From: a virus | Taxonomy: Duplodnaviria; Caudoviricetes | Length of the DNA stretch: 35,545 bases | Strand: one strand, 5' to 3' | Virus record (IMG/VR): IMGVR_UViG_3300020570_000020 | Span: 1-35,545 of that record | Part shown: positions 35,054-35,545 of the stretch, piece after piece | How positions within the stretch are numbered: position 1 is the first letter of the stretch | How the letters are laid out: every line of letters starts with the position of its first letter | Made by a program: the position numbers and the translations under genes | Notes under the pieces: model-generated | What the model was told of the DNA's origin: nothing | Databases searched by the model: none | Seen by the model: only the letters and a program-made list of their open reading frames with translations

Positions 35054-35545
35054 TACGATAAGTACAATGCGCGTTCGTCGCGACGTCGAGACACAAGGCC
35101 GGGAAGCACTCTCCCGCCGCCCTTAGTCCACTTCATGAACTCCTCTGCCGCCTCTTCAAACTCGCCACGATTGTTCTTCATGCGGAGACCAGACCGCTGA
35201 AGATTCCCCAAGCCCACGTTGAAAGAGAAGGAAACGAGGCTGTCGAAGCGGCCTTGGCTATCAAGAGCATTAGGGCAATATCTGGCCACGCCACGCTCAA
35301 ATCTCGCAAGGTCTTTAGCAAGGAGATCATCAACTTCAGCAGCAGTCCAGACACGCGCATCCTCCGTCTTCAAGCCGAATTCCTTTCTGATCATCGGAAC
35401 TTGCTGCCCGGCAACGCGAACGAAAGGAAGCCTAGCCTGCTCTGGATAAAGAACGTGGCCAACACCGACAGTCCAAAGACCAGCAGGGCAGAGGTAAGGT
35501 TTATTCCTTACCCCCTCATGATGCTTGATCATGGCCAGTGCTTTG
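35053..35545 (-). CDS. Phage lysozyme (GH24 endolysin), true start probably just outside the window
   Basis: HEG-x5-Y-x-CPAG-x-WTVG-x-GH, LVSFSFNVG and LPGLV-x-RR-x2-E. The frame stays open to the window edge (KALAMIK). Confidence 0.9.
   Translation of the reverse strand, partial: KALAMIKHHEGVRNKPYLCPAGLWTVGVGHVLYPEQARLPFVRVAGQQVPMIRKEFGLKTEDARVWTAAEVDDLLAKDLARFERGVARYCPNALDSQGRFDSLVSFSFNVGLGNLQRSGLRMKNNRGEFEEAAEEFMKWTKGGGRVLPGLVSRRRDERALYLS

Noticed and set aside
1-35545. Stop-codon reassignment or tRNA genes
   Set aside because: Conserved genes are intact in the standard code and end in TAA, TAG and TGA. No cloverleaf with a proper T-arm and acceptor stem was noticed by eye.

Overview
The window is a large part of a tailed dsDNA phage genome, probably a temperate-capable podovirus-like phage. 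Capsid, portal and TerL genes are not in the window. From left to right: (1) the 5' end of a terminase small subunit gene (minus strand, not in the ORF track); (2) an AT-rich divergent region full of long inverted repeats; (3) a + strand early region that opens with an amidoligase and a class-II glutamine amidotransferase behind a structured leader, followed by about 25 small hypothetical genes, a roughly 270-nt candidate structured ncRNA and several very basic small proteins; (4) a minus strand replication and nuclease block with a replication initiator carrying internal iterons, a DnaB helicase, a Ref-like HNH nuclease, a DUF3310-like protein and a PD-(D/E)XK resolvase; (5) a + strand recombination block with a Sak-like annealase, YqaJ-like exonuclease, SSB-like protein, an unusually long CsrA-like protein, dUTPase and a tyrosine recombinase; (6) a minus strand late block with lysozyme, tail tube/nozzle protein, tail fibre, chaperone, GNAT-like protein, ejection proteins, an SLT-bearing internal protein and a 2529-aa polyvalent protein. 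All family calls come from motif recognition by eye, not from database searches. The best leads are the candidate ncRNA at 5931-6205, the apparently tandem single-chain CsrA, the amidoligase/GATase pair with its structured leader, and the palindrome cluster next to terS.
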